A stretch of 64,000 bases of DNA from Podarcis erhardii. Lineage: Eukaryota. The notes below the pieces were generated by a model, which was given only the letters and a program-made list of their open reading frames with translations, was not told the DNA's origin and made no database searches. The stretch lies in assembly GCA_964252035.1 (NCBI GenBank), contig OZ176201.1; one strand, written 5' to 3'. The translations under genes and the position numbers were made by a program. How positions within the stretch are numbered: position 1 is the stretch's first letter; each line of letters starts with the position of its first letter. Shown here one piece after another: positions 23,588-37,600 of this stretch.

Positions 23588-25457
23588 TATTTGGCCCTTA
23601 GGCAGAGGCAAGGAGCTGTATCAGTGCCCCCTGTCCCCAACTCCTTGACAGCTCAGTCACCACTTCACACTCTGGGCGATCTTCCCAGAGCCTAAGCGGC
23701 ACCATTCCCCCCTCCTGCCTCCCCCCCCCATGCTGTGCCGCTGCGCCCCCAGGTGAGTGTATAAGGGTGCATCCTAAAACATCATAGTTGTGCACCTAAA
23801 AAAAGTCACGTGTTAAGTCATCCTAAATCCCATTTCATTGTTTTTAGTGGGATATGCAACCTGATCCTATGCTTGTCCTCCCTTGCCCAGCAAGTCGTGT
23901 TTTGTTCACTAGGGAAGTTGAAACCATAATGCTGTTTTAGTCATGGCATTAGTAACTTTTGCTGTCAAAGGTTGAGCTAGACCTACACAAAGAGCAACCT
24001 TAGGAACGCTCACCATTTAAATGCATTCAGTAATTGTAATTGGGACTGGCATCGGCACCTGGCAGCCTTGGGCAGCTGGGTCTAGTCCCCATTTTAATTT
24101 CCACAATGTTTCCAGTGTAGCGTCTCTCTGGTGCCTAGGAGGTGGCCAGACTTGGCTGCCTAGTGCTCCCACTGCTTTTCTAGCCTGATAATAGCAGAGG
24201 TGGAAGCAGATCCTAGGAACAAACGAAGAAAGGAGCAGAAGAAGAACACAAGGGGGTCGTGTGGCTCACATCCAGAACAGCTGCCATGAAACATAACCAT
24301 CAGGCCATATATGGCAAAAATAGAGATTGACTTTTTCTTTTCTTTTTTATCCCACTTGGAACAGCTTCTTGTTCTTGCTCGGTGAGATATGATCTCTCAG
24401 CAGTTTTCTTAAGCAGCTTTCCCTGAAAAAAGAAGTGTTACAAAGCATAATATATATATTAAAGTCTCATATAGCATATGCTTCTCCTCTGTTTTCTGAA
24501 CACTGGGATCTGCAAACTTCAAGGCCCTTTTCAGTGTGAAAGGCAGCCATTTCATGCTCATAGCCTACTAACTGGGAAAAGCTCCCCCTGTGCTTTTCAG
24601 GGTGGCTTTTGTTAAACCAGTTGAACATGAGTGCTGGAGCGGGTGATAACCCTATTCATCATGAGCCGAACCCTGGAACAGGAAACTCAAGCAGATCTCT
24701 GTCAAGATGACATATTGCAGGCACCACTTGCCTTCGCTTCACTTTGCATAGCAGCTGCAACACAAGCTGTTGCCAGAGACACCCAGGCATGCTCACTAGC
24801 CCCCAAACAGCTGCCCAGACTTGCTACAATGGAGTCCAGAGACACGATTCCCTTACCATCACTCTAGACATTTCCAAAAAGTCAAAAAGGCCTGACTGTA
24901 TCAGTATTCTTTTATACACTATTTTTGCCAGTGCAGTTTGGCAACAGGGTCCAGGAGTCACGCAGCCTGATCTTATGTATGACTACTCGGTGAATAAGCA
25001 CCAATGGATTCCAGGGGATTCAGATGTGATCATTCCCAGGTAAATGGTAATGTAGCCTTCTTGACCAAGGTTCAAATGTTCCAGAATTCACCTTGAATTG
25101 CCTTTCTAGTTATTCTAACAGAACAACATGAAAGGCTTTCATATAACGGTGATATTGTTTATAGGATCAAAGCAGACAGCACAAGACAGTTTATTATTAT
25201 TTATTATATTTACATGGTGGTGGTTGTTGTTTTACACTGAAGTGTCTTAAAGTGACTTACATAACAAGCAATGAAATAAAAAAAAAATGCGCATGCATTT
25301 TCGGACTCTCTCCAGGACTGCAGTTTTCAGAAAGCCTCAAAGTGCTTTTTCAATGAAAACTACAAATGAACCCTTTTTGTAGATTATTAGGTAAGGCAAG
25401 TCTGCAACCTGCTGGTCGAGGCAGGAAGAGCAAATGACCCATATTTCCCAGTCAATA

Positions 25458-25695
25458 CAGTGGTACCTTGGTTCTCGAACTTAGTCCGTTCGACTCCCAA
25501 AACCGTTCAAAAACCAAGGCACGGCTTCTGATTGGATGCAGGAGCTTCCTGCACTCAATTGGAAGCTGCGGAAGCCGCGTCGGACGTTCGGCTTCCGAAA
25601 AACATTTGCAAACCAGAATACTCACTTCCAGGTTTCCATCATTCGGGAGCCAATTTGTTCGACAACTAAGCTGTTCAGGAACCAAGGTACCACTG
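25458..25695. mobile_element. Tc1/mariner-type MITE, second subfamily
   Basis: CAGTGGTACCTTGGTTC...GAACCAAGGTACCACTG, TA flanks. Confidence 0.85.
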
Positions 25696-26696
25696 TATCT
25701 GTTTGGGAGACTGTAATGCTTCTTTATACATGTCATTTCTTTTTGCCTTTGGGGACCATTTTCTGCAACCATTTTTATCATGGTTACCTGTTTCTAACGA
25801 CTGATGTCATCTCACCCCAAATTAAAACTTTGCATGCATTTACACTGATAAAGAAATCATCACTTGTAAAATAAGCAAAGCAGTGTCTTCCCCTTTTGCG
25901 AGGCCAACATGTTGGTTAACTGTGATGCAGTTTCACAAGGCGTTCCACGGTTTCTTTTTGCTTGCAAGTTACACCCTTTCATTGGCTGGGGTGATACTCA
26001 TATTTGTTGACATAATCTGCTGTGTGATGGGGAGAATTGTGTGAGATGAATGTGCAAGACAATCAGTGCTTTGTGAATAACTGCACACGTTTTCAGACTG
26101 CCTTCTAGAAAGCAAAACAAAATATTGGCCTCAAAGCTGTGCCTTATTAACAGCATTCTACCACAGCTTGGCCACCAAACATAACATGCTGAAAGTCGGA
26201 ACAACTGTTATGCTACAGCAATTACAGCTCTACTCCCAAACGAACACCTTTCAGTTTAAAATAGTATACTTTAGAGTTTGATTCGAGAACCCTGGGGGCC
26301 TGATGAAAGACCAATCAAGGCTACAATCCTAAAATGTATTAGTGAGGAGCCCCACTGAACACCTCTGAACCTTCAGCCACATACTGCCCTTCATATGGGG
26401 GATGCACACATTGTAGAATCAGATGGGAAGACAGTCATCAGGTGTATCCAGTCATGTGGTGAGACATGTTTGCTCATTCTACATGGGTAGGTGCCGGCAG
26501 GCGTCATTATCTGGTATATATTTCCAAGGCAGGCAGCCTTTCATTTTGTGGAAAGCACAATGGGAAACTTCAAAGTAACTGCAACAAAAATAACATGTGG
26601 TTCCTCATCCTTAGAAATGTATCCTGATCAATATAGAAAGCCTACCAAGATATATCCAAAACCTACCAAGTGGGCAAAGGCCACTATTTTGAAATA

Positions 26697-26938
26697 CAGT
26701 GGTACCTCGGGTTAAGTACTTAATTCGTTCCGGAGGTCCATACTTAACCTAAAACTGTTCTTAACCTGAAGCACCACTTTAGCTAATGGGGCCTCCTGCT
26801 GCTGCCACGCCGCTGAAGCCCGATTTCTGTTCTTATCCTGAAGCAAAGTTCTTAACCTGAAGCACTATTTCTAGGTTAGCGGAGTGTGTAACCTGAAGAG
26901 TATGTAACCTGAAGCATATGTAACCCAAGGTACCACTG
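26697..26938. mobile_element. Tc1/mariner-type MITE (same subfamily as 23361)
   Basis: CAGTGGTACCTCGGGTTAAG...AACCCAAGGTACCACTG, TA flanks. Confidence 0.87.
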
Positions 26939-28344
26939 TACCAGAATTATTGTTGTTACTCTGAGTGAAATGAACTTTGAAGTGCCAGATAAGGGCGTTT
27001 AAAAACAAGAACAACAACAACATCGAACTGATACAAAAAAGATTAGGAAAATAAGAAACTGGAAAAATAAAAATGGCAGATTCGCCCATCCCCACCCCAA
27101 TGCCCTTTTCTCCTTTTTAAAATTTACTTGATCCTATTTTGCTTAATGCCTCAACTCCACTCCTTGCACATATGCTGCCAAATGCTTCCATTCACATTCT
27201 CAAAAGCCTCACCCTCTATACGCCAAGGGGAACCGAGGTGGAGAGAAAAGAAGATGGAGAGAGGACAAATTTGTTCAAAAGGGATGGGAGCCCCTATGTC
27301 CCGCCAGCCTGGGCAATCCTCAAATGTCAATTAAAGCTTTCCAACAGAGCACTGAGCCGCTTTGAATTTGCATGCAGCCGCAGGAGTGATTTGGAAACTG
27401 TTGGGGATGGGGTGGAAATCTGTATAGGTTCCCCATGACTAAAGTGGGGAGAGGAGGGCAGAGGTGGGTGGTCGGAGAGAAAGAAGGTTGGGCTACACAT
27501 CTTATGAAATGCATTCAAATGAGGCAGAAACAAACCCACACAGTGACTCTGGATTTGCCTCCCTCCCTGCATTTCTGACTCTCAGCATGGAGCTGGTGCA
27601 AGTGTCTGGAAAAAGAGCAAAAGTAAGTAGATTAGTTTACAAACTAAGGCCTGGGTGGGGGCCAAGAGGCAAGTCATGCTTTTGCAATTCAATTTTGCCC
27701 TGCAAAAGTGCAAAAAGTGTGCAAAAGCACAATTTTCAAAAGTGTGACAAATGTGAGGAGAAAAAAACCTGAACATAGGAATTGGGAAAAGGGCTGGAGT
27801 AGGACAGAGGTGTCCTCCAAGAGAGGAGAATGATTCATTGAGAACTAAAACAAGCAACAGTGAGTACTGAAGAAGCACGTTTTGAAAAGGGAAATCCTGA
27901 TAAGGGTAAGTGAATGATATTGTAAATTAATGACCTGAGTGTAAGTGCATGATTTTGTTGATTTAAAAGCAACACCTGGTTGGTGCTGTGTTATAATCTA
28001 TGGTGAAAATGCTTTCTTGTCATTTTAGTTTCACATACTAAGAGAAGTTTGTGCATTGCCTTACAGATTTGCAGTTACATCTGTTAGCTGAATAATAATG
28101 CACATCAAAATTGGGATGGGGTGGGGCTAAAGAAAGGAATTCATGAACAGAAAATGATAGTAAACTGCAAGGGCCAGCTACGAAATGATTTTAGGCAGTT
28201 TCCAAATTAAGCTGGAATCCCAGAAGGGTTAGGATGCAGTGCACAGCCAGCCCATGGGGCAATAGCCAATGGACATTCCATGGACAGCCAGACTTAATAT
28301 CTGACAGAGGAGGCAGGAAGAACAACATAGAGACATGAGCTGCC

Positions 28345-28918
28345 CTAATCAAACTAATGGAGTATGCTGAAATGGCCAAATTAACTGGGAAAGTTCGAAA
28401 TCAAGACCATAACAAATATAAAGAAGAATGGAAAATGTTTATTGCTTATGTACAAAAGCATTGTAAGGAAATTAATACACTAGCAGGATTTTTTAAACAC
28501 TTTTAAGATTATGGAGAATATTTAAATTTGGAGATAATCAAAGATACAGTAAAGATGTTATTGACATGCATAAATTAAGACAATACAAAGGAACCAGAGG
28601 AGGGAGTAGAGCAGGCTTCCTCAACCTCAGCACTCCAGATGTTTTGAGACTACAGTTCCCATCATTCCTGACCACTGGTCCTGTTAGCTAGGGATCATGG
28701 GAGTTGTAGGCCAAAAAACATCTGGAGGGTCGAGGGTGAGGAAGCCTGGAGTAGAGGGAAGTCGAGGGATTTGAGTAATTCCAAAACATGGATTTCATAC
28801 TATGTGAATACAGTTGTTTGAAGTTTATTTTATTTTATGTTTTTATTTTTACTTTAATGTGATGGTTTTGTTTAATTGTGAAAATTAATAAAAATATGTA
28901 TAAAAATAAGAAGAAGAA
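28345..28918 (+). mobile_element. 5'-truncated L1-type LINE with 14-bp TSD
   Basis: KLMEYAEMAKLTGKVRNQ...EEWKMF...CKEINTLAGF; A-rich tail; TSD AGACATGAGCTGCC at 28331-28344 and 28919-28932. Confidence 0.85.
28612..28748. mobile_element. Palindromic hAT-type MITE nested in the L1 3'UTR
   Basis: TIR CAGGCTTCCTCA.../...TGAGGAAGCCTG; perfect 8-bp TSD GAGTAGAG. Confidence 0.88.
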
Positions 28919-31259
28919 AGACATGAGCTGCCTTACAGTTTATATTCTTTTTATTTAAAATTGTACACCACAGCAATATGTTTAAGGAACAGTGTTAGAG
29001 AAATAATTTTTACCAAGAGACATCCAGTGTCATACAAATGGACTTCCCTCGGCTCTCCTCCCTCTGCACTCAGCTTTGAAACAACCACGTTCAGAATTCT
29101 GCAAGCTGGAGAACTTTCCCTCACAGATGCATTACAATGCGGAACAGTCTGAAGTTCACTGTTAGAATGTTATGTCCCAGGAGGCAAATGTGTGTTCTGG
29201 GGACATTTCTTCGCAGACTTTTCTCTGTGGGTGCTCTGTAACTGTGGATTACCTTCCATTTGAGGATTCATTGGCCTCTGTCCTCCCACCTATTCACCTT
29301 TCTTTCTAGGCTGGCCACCAGTTATGTTATCTAACTCAAAACTCACATCTATTCTGAGTCTCTGGCACATTAGGCAGAATCTGTGGTGTGTAATATATGA
29401 AGGAATGATATGGTCAGCACCCTGTCTCATCTCATTTGATTTCTCCACTTCAGTGGATCCAGTCCCCAGTTATGTGCCAGCTCTTCTGTCAGAGTACGCC
29501 AACCACCTCAGGCAACACATGCTGAGGGACAGTGACTGACGCTCCTTAGGTGTTCCTCCTGGTTGTCTTCTTGCATTGGAAGACAAATGTTGGCCTGTCC
29601 CAAACTCTCAGAACTAGCCATTACAGAAATAAAATTCAGTAATGAAAGAAGGCAGCCCAATTGGCTTCTGTGCATGGAATGGTGAGGGTGCCATCTTGTC
29701 CTCCGTCTTGGGCAGAAATTTTTTTTGAATTGGCTCTGGAGCAGCCATGATTGTATAGTGGTTAGTGCTCTGCATTGTGGATTGGCCCTGGAGCCTGCCC
29801 ATATACCAAACCAGCAATTTTCAAGAGTAATGAATTGTCCTGCCAATTTGCAACAAAAAACGAATTTCCATAGCTCCTTAACTCTCTGCTAATTGCCTTC
29901 ATTTGCCTGTCTCCTCCCTTCCACCTCATATATGGGTGGGAAATAGCCTTTAGCTAGTGTGATTATAATTTATCTAGGAAGACTTGGGTGTTATTTTTCA
30001 GGTGCAAGGTAATAATACTGGCTCCAAATTGAAAAGTACCCATTTATGTCGGTAGTGGTGGTGATGCAGATCCAAAGATGGGTAGAGGGTTCTCAGCATG
30101 GATGAACTGGAGTGTAGTAGTCATTGTGTTTCTAAGATGTGTGAAGCAACAGCTCAAGATTCCACTAGGTCACCCAGCAACTTTAATTCAGTGGCAGTCA
30201 ATGTGGTATCCTCCAAATTTTGTTGGGCTACACCTCCCATCAGCCCTTGACGATATGACCAATGCCCTGGACGGTGCAAGCTGAGTCCAACATCTGGAGG
30301 GCACAGGATCAGTTGCCCCTACTCTAAACCCTAAGGAATATGCAAGCCATGTGAACAACTAACCTTTTCATATGACTGCAAATAATTTCATAGTGAATTG
30401 CTTTGTTGTCAGCCTCCAGACTCACAGAAAGGCTATAAGCAGCAGATTATCAGATTTGCAGAGGAACAGCCTCTTGGATCCAAAGTTGCAGAGAGGTCCT
30501 AGAAGTAACATGTAGAAGAAAGGAATGTAGCACATTTTTCACAGCCAATGTGAAATGATATTAAGGTGGCAAGTGCTGTGGGAAGAGCTTTAGTCTGAAA
30601 GCCATAGCCAGGGATATCCAAAAGCTGAAATATGTTTAGATTGTACTTAAGAAAACTTAATTCCCAGGAAGTTTGTCCCATTGGACTCTGAACTGTATGA
30701 AGGATTACCTACAGAGTACTACTGTTTCAGGGATGTAGAGCTGGATGCAGAGCAGATAAATCTGCTCTAGTTTTGTGGGTTCAGAGTAATTTTTTCCTCC
30801 TCCTTTCCTTTCCACCACAAGGAAAGTCATGTTTCAGTCTAAGTGCACAGGGAATCAATCATTCAATGCCTGTATAGATCATGAATCAAAACCATTTTGC
30901 TATTGCAGACTATGGGTGACTGGTTGGTCCTTGAACTAGTTGCATGTTAGTTAATATCATTGGGGGAAAGTCACCCTGCGATGGTCTGAACTGAACCCCT
31001 GATGATAATGCCGTTTAATCATGATAGTGCCGTTTCTCTGAAGAAAGAGTTTCAGCCATTGGAGAGTGTTGCATTTTAAGACCGTGACGAATATGCTTGC
31101 TGGAGGGATATTTTGCTTGCTATTTCATTCTCATGGACCTCAAAGGTCATCCAGTCCAAACCTCAGCCGAGGCAGATTGTCAGGAAGGTTTGCTGCTGTT
31201 GTTACTGTTTTTATAGTCGCACCAGTGTTTATGATATCTCTGGATTCTTTCTTTTTCAG

Positions 31260-31635
31260 ATGTCAGTCTCGGATTCCGTTCTCTCCTTCTATCAAATGGT
31301 TTCCCGTAGAAAAAGAATAACAGCCGGTGCCTGTAGAGAATCGAACTTGCGTCGCTGCCTTTCCACCTCGGACTTAGTGGCTCTGGGTGTGGGCAGTACG
31401 TTGGGTGCAGGGGTGTATCTCTTGGCAGGGGAAGTAGCCAAGACCAGCGCGGGCCCCAGTATCATCATTTCCTTTTTGATTGCTGCTCTGGTGTCCATCC
31501 TGGCAGGACTGTGTTACGCTGAGTTTGGAGCCCGGGTGCCTTTGACCGGATCAGCTTATCTCTACAGCTACATAACAGTTGGAGAGCTGTGGGCATTCGT
31601 CACCGGTTGGAATCTCTTGCTCTCCTATATAATTG
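31260..31635 (+). CDS. SLC7A2-like coding exon 1 (MSVSDS...WNLLLSYII)
   Basis: 376 nt from ATG, donor |gtatca; TM1-TM3 CAT motifs. Confidence 0.95.
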
Positions 31636-34600
31636 GTATCAACAAGTTTTGGGCTTCTGTGTTTTGACATCTACCATGTGGTTTCATTGATAAGCCAGAG
31701 AGATGGGCCTAAGAAATAATAACTAGGCAGGCAGAACTTTTTTTAAAAAAAGTTGATGTGAGTTGAATTTGTAGCTCAGAGCATGCAAAAGGTTCCAGGC
31801 TCAGACTCTGGTATTTCCAGTAAGACTGTGAAAGGTCCCATTTTTAATCCCTGGAGCACTGTTGACAGTCAGAGAAGGGTCTAAGGCAGCTTCATGTGAA
31901 TGGTTCCGACAACCACATCCACGCATGCCCATTTCATCATTGGAAAACTTGCGTGGCATTCAACTAAGTTTTTCTGTTAGTGCAAGGATTAGTGCTAGGG
32001 CAAGGGGATGTGTGCCCCCACACTATCCCCAGATCTTCTCTGGAGGCTTGGGAGAATCTGCAGAACAAATTCAGGGGAGAGAACCAGAGAACGTTCTGCT
32101 GCAGAAGGAGAAATCCTTGCACTGACGGACTGTTCACCTAAGCACAATGTTGAATGCAACCCCTAGACTACACACAGTGTGGATGCAAACAAATGCTGCA
32201 TCTCCTGTCAAGAAATGATCCCCTATTTCTTTTGGGCCTCAGGGTATTTAGTCTGCGGTTTTCCAGTGATGTGATGGGCATGAGAACTTCCACTACCAAT
32301 TGTTGGCAGCCAGTCATTTATTCATTTGAAATAATGATTAGCACAAAACCATGAAGAATCCATATGTGAATACAAAATGTCAGTAGAGCAGAATAGGTCA
32401 GTATACACTTATTTAACATGACCACCCTCCAATTTGATACAGTGACAGGACATATCTCGTGCAGAGGGGTTTTTTTTACTGCAAATAATGTGGTCATTTA
32501 AGACACATATTTATCTGGCACATTTTGTACCCAGCCCTGATCCAATGAAGGTCAGTATAGAAATGTTTTGAATGATAAAATAAAATCCTATCAATGTCTG
32601 ATAACTAAAAGTTGCTGCTCATTTGACTTCCATGGGAATCTTATATGATAGGAGAGCTTCCACTGCAAGTTCAAATCACGGTGGGTGCATCATTCCCAAT
32701 TTGCAAAAAAGTGGGTTGAGTGATAAGCTTTTTATTTTGTACTTGTTATTTGACATAACATAGGTGATGTGTCGTCTGGACTGTCAAAAATGCAGTGTTC
32801 CCTATAAAAGCAGGATGAGCGTAAAAACAGCCCCCCCCCCAATAAACTGAGATGAGAAGACAGAATGAGGAAAAAAAATTATGCAGCCAAGGGGTGAAAT
32901 GGGCGAACACAGAGGCAAGAAGAAAGACATGCTCTTTGTAGTGTCATATATAATGTATGTGCTGCCCACACAGCAGTTTAAGGCTGACATACTTCCTTTG
33001 AAAGAGAGTGCTAAAAGGGCACAGCTTCATAGTACACAATGGACATCTTATACCTGAGAATGCTGCTGTTTCGCATGGACCATCAGAGGTTCATAAGCCT
33101 TGAAAAGCTGATACTTTATACCTGCGTACATAGAACAGTACATAGGGCCCTGCAATATCCCTCATTTTTAAGGTTCAATGTACTGTACCCATATTTGGCA
33201 GTGTTATCTTTAAATTGGCTGATTCTCTACAGGTACCTCCAGTGTAGCCAGAGCATGGAGTGCTACTTTTGATGAGCTCCTGGGCAAACGGATCGGCACC
33301 TTTTTCAGCACCCATATGGCCATGACCTCTCCAGGACTAGCTGAATACCCTGATATCTTTGCTGTTTGCCTCATTGTCCTATTGACAGGTATGCTTGTAC
33401 TGATTTTTTTAAAAAAACTATTGTAAGGATCCTTGAAACCCACCCTGTACCAATTTTATTGGAGATTGCCCATTAAATTTATACATGCAAGGAGTTTTTC
33501 CCTTCCCACCATGGACTTAATGCAACGCTGACAAATTGGTTTTGAATAATGCTAGCATCTCAGTATAGTTTCCAAACCCTGTAATTGTCACCCACAGTAG
33601 GGTCGGGGGAGAAATTAACTTGGGTTTGCATTTAGCTTACCTAATTCACATTTTCAGAAACAATAAGCCCAATTCTGAAACAGTACCCAATTTGCACTTT
33701 CTGAAGCCATTCATGAGCACAGCAATCCTTTGAAATTCACACTTATTCAAATTTTGCACTGCAGTTTTCAGCCAAGTAATGTGAATAACAAAGTGTGTAT
33801 ATAAATACATACGCATGAATGACAATAACATCCAAGATGCATTATATATGGGAAAATTGCCTTGCAAAAAGGTAAAATTGCATATAAAAATGTTTATACT
33901 AGGAAAAATTCTCGCAGAAATGCTTATTAATTTTCCTGAGAATTTCTTCTTAAAAGACATATGCAAACTTGTGGGAATGTGGCAATCTGAATTTAAGATT
34001 GGAAAAATGAGAAATGGAGAGAAACCAAAACTGGCCTATTCACCCATCCCTACCGACAGGTCTTTTGCATTTACTCTGTTACTGTCTTTCTTGTTTCTGC
34101 TGGACTTGCCACTTGTTCTTTAACAGTTCTCCGTGGTTTCAAGCTAGGGTCTTTCTCAGCCTTACCTGAGCTTGCCAAGAATTGAACATGGGACCTTCTT
34201 GATGCAAAGTCCAGTAGTAAAGGACTAGAGGACATGCTTTGTGGAGCCAGTGTGGTGTAGTGGTTAAGAGCGGTAGACTCATAATCTGGTGAACCGGGTT
34301 CGCATCTCCGCTCCTCCACATGCAGCTGCTGGGTGACCTTGGGCCAGTCACACTTCTCTGAAGTCTCTCAGCCTCACTCACCTCACAGAGTGTTTGTTGT
34401 GGGGGAGGAAGGGAAAGGAGAATGTTAGCCGCTTTGAGACTCCTTCAGGTAGTGATAAAGCAGGATATCAAATCCAAAACTCTTCTCTTCTTCTTCTTCT
34501 TTCCATGCAGAAGGTCCAATATTCAATTCTTGGCAAGTTCAGGTAAGGCTGGGAAACACCCCTGCTCTCAGGGTATGCTCTCAGGGTTTTCCATATGGTA

Positions 34601-37600
34601 GCAGCAATTGCTCATATCTACTGTACTTTGCAAAGGACACTGCCTCAGGCCTCCATCCATAATAGTTGTGAGGCCCAAGCAATGAGACATTGTATCCGTT
34701 GACTCCTTAGGTCTTCTCTCAGCTGGGGTAAAAGAATCAACCACAGTGAATAAAGTCTTCACAGCTGTCAATGTGCTCGTCCTTCTATTCATTATAATCA
34801 GTGGATTCATCAAAGGGGACCTGAAGAATTGGAAGATGAGCAAGAATGATCTGTTAATGACTGCTACCCTCAGATTTAGGTAAGAGAATGGCTACACAAG
34901 CTCTTGGGCTGCAGTAAACACAGGCCACGCGGGTTATATTTCTACAGAGGTTACAAATTATTTAAATATCTATTTGCTGTCCTTTCATGAAATCCCCAAA
35001 CAGCTACCTGACTTTGCCTAATGATAGGACAGATCCATGCCCACCTACCATATTCCTGCCTCCTTTGCTGTACTTGTCTACCAACTATATCCAATCAGAT
35101 CCTTCTGACATTGACTTCCTTTATGTCACCTTCCTTGACAGGAACCAATCCGGCAATGGAACTTGGGACTTTGGGGCTGGAGGGTTCATGCCCTATGGCT
35201 TCAGTGGGACCTTAGCTGGAGCTGCTACCTGCTTCTATGCTTTCATTGGGTTTGACTGCATTGCGACTACAGGTAAGCAAGAAAGAAGACAATTACAAAA
35301 TGTCCATGATTGATAACCGCATCCGACACCTAATAAAGAAAGGAGAAAATATCTATTCACCTCACAAGGGAGCCAGTTGTTATTAAAGCTCTCCTGTGTC
35401 CAATTCCCCTCCTAAGAGGAGTGGAATGTGTTGTGACTTAGGCGTTGCTGTTGTTGGAACAGAAACCCATAGGCAATCCTTTTGGAATAACCAAAGCACC
35501 ACGTAAATCTTTGCTTAATCTCTACAGTGACAGGTTAACCATACTCATGTGAGACAATGTGTGGATTTTAGAATGGTGTGACTTCTTGTGTTTATGTTTA
35601 CCAGGGGAAGAAGTAAAGAACCCCACAAAAGCCATCCCAGTGGGGATTGTTCTCTCTCTGCTCATCTGCTTCTTAGCCTATTCCGGTGTTTCAGCTGCCT
35701 TGACCCTGATGATGCCTTACCACCTTTTGGACACCATGAGCCCTCTGCCAGTGGCTTTTGAATACAATGGATGGAGCATGGCCAAATATGCTGTGGCTGT
35801 GGGGTCTCTCTGTGCTCTGACCACCAGGTAAGGACAGGATGTGCAATTTTCCCCATGCTTGCATTTTAAGGATATAAGAAGAGCATTGCTGGATCAGACC
35901 AAGGGTCCATCTAGCCCAGTAGTCTGTTTCCAGCAGAAGCCAGAGAGATGCTTCCAGGAAGCTCATATACAGAGCATAGAAGCAACACCCCTCTTCCCCA
36001 TTGTTTGCTCCCCAGTTAGTGATATTTAGAGGTTCTGTTTATCTAACATGATACTAATTGACCTTGATAGACTGGTGCTCTATGAAGTCATCTAATTCAC
36101 TTCCAGGGCTGTCACTGTATCCTGCAGCAGTAAGTTTTATAAATTAATGGTACCTTTTGTACCTTTTGGATCAATGTAATTAGCTGACCCCACACTCTAG
36201 TATTATAAGGGAAAAACACAGTACCAGTAATCTTCCCTCTCTCATTTTCTCTCTCTCTATAATTCATAGTTTCATAAAACTCTACTATCATGTCTGCCCT
36301 TGGATCCTCTTTCTACAAAGCTCTGGTCCTCTGGGTCATAAAGATTTCCGTTTTATGATGGTGATAATCATAACATCTCTTTGTGTATCAGGCATGTTTT
36401 GTGCACCAGCTACCAAGGTGCAAACGTGATTTCACTCATGAGCAGAGATGGAGCTTTGGGGTACAATGAACTCCTAAGGCATTGCTTTGACCTCAAGATC
36501 TACAGATCTACACCACTCTGATAATAGCAATTAATAGTTTTAAGACTCATTTCGACTGAAGCAATAGGAAATCCTGGAAATTTGTTCTCTATGCTTGATA
36601 AAGGTCTGCTTTATTGTGTGTAATGCAAGGTCTCTTGTACATCTTGTTGTACAAGAGTCGGGTAAAGAAAAGGAAGAAGAGGCTATGATCTTGAGAATTT
36701 TCTTCACTTTCTCTGCCTTCTTGTGTAGCTTGCTAGGTTCTATGTTCCCGATGCCACGGATTTTATTTGCTATGGCCAGGGATGGACTCCTCTTCCAATC
36801 TTTGGCCAAAGTGAGCAGCCGACAGAGCCCAGTGATTGCAACTCTGGTGTCTGGAGCTGTTGCAGGTATGCATGGAAAAAGGCTCTAACATTGACTAGAC
36901 CTCAGAATGAACCTGCCAGTAGACAATGGACTAAGAATCTTACTTTGGACTTGATCTAGTTTAAATATGAAATAAGGAACCTAAGAAGACCCCTGCTGGG
37001 TCATATTTGGGTGCACACATAGTCCAAAGCAAGTATGGTCAACATTGTGTCCTCCAGATGTTGTTGGACTCCAATTCCCATCAGCACCATTCACTGTGGT
37101 CAATTGTCAGGGATGATGGGATTTGGAGTCAATAAACATCTGGAAGGCACCATGTTGGTTTTCCCTGCTTGAAAGCAATACTAGTTGCTTTAAAAAATAT
37201 GTCTAGAAACGGGACATTAGGCTAGCATTTCAACACGGAGCAGGTCAGCCTGTGGGACTGAATGTTAGACTGCAAGAGTTCCTTGACCTTCCCCATGCCA
37301 GAATCAGGTGGATTCCAAGGTGTATCTCCATATGCTTATAAAATGCAAGCTTTTCATTAGTGACTAGGGCCTGTTTCCCTGCTTGCTTTGCTCACCAGCA
37401 TTATCTATTCCCACAACCCCACAACCCTCCCACCTCAACCCCTTCCTCCTCCCTTCACACTTGGCCAACTTCTCCTGCTGCTTTACCTAAACATCTCCCA
37501 TCTATCCCAGGCATAATTCCTCGCTTCTCCTTGATCACATCTCCATCCTCTGGGTCCCTCTTCCTCACCTTGCCTTGGCTGCCTCCTGCTCACCTGCCTG

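Noticed and set aside
31113-31259. N-terminal extension of the transporter in the ORF track
   Set aside because: It begins at TTG and runs through the intronic polypyrimidine tract; homology starts near the ATG at 31260.
34243-34320. tRNA-like box A/B sequences (also ~53784 and ~11461)
   Set aside because: They are SINE heads continuous with SINE bodies and do not form complete tRNA cloverleaves.
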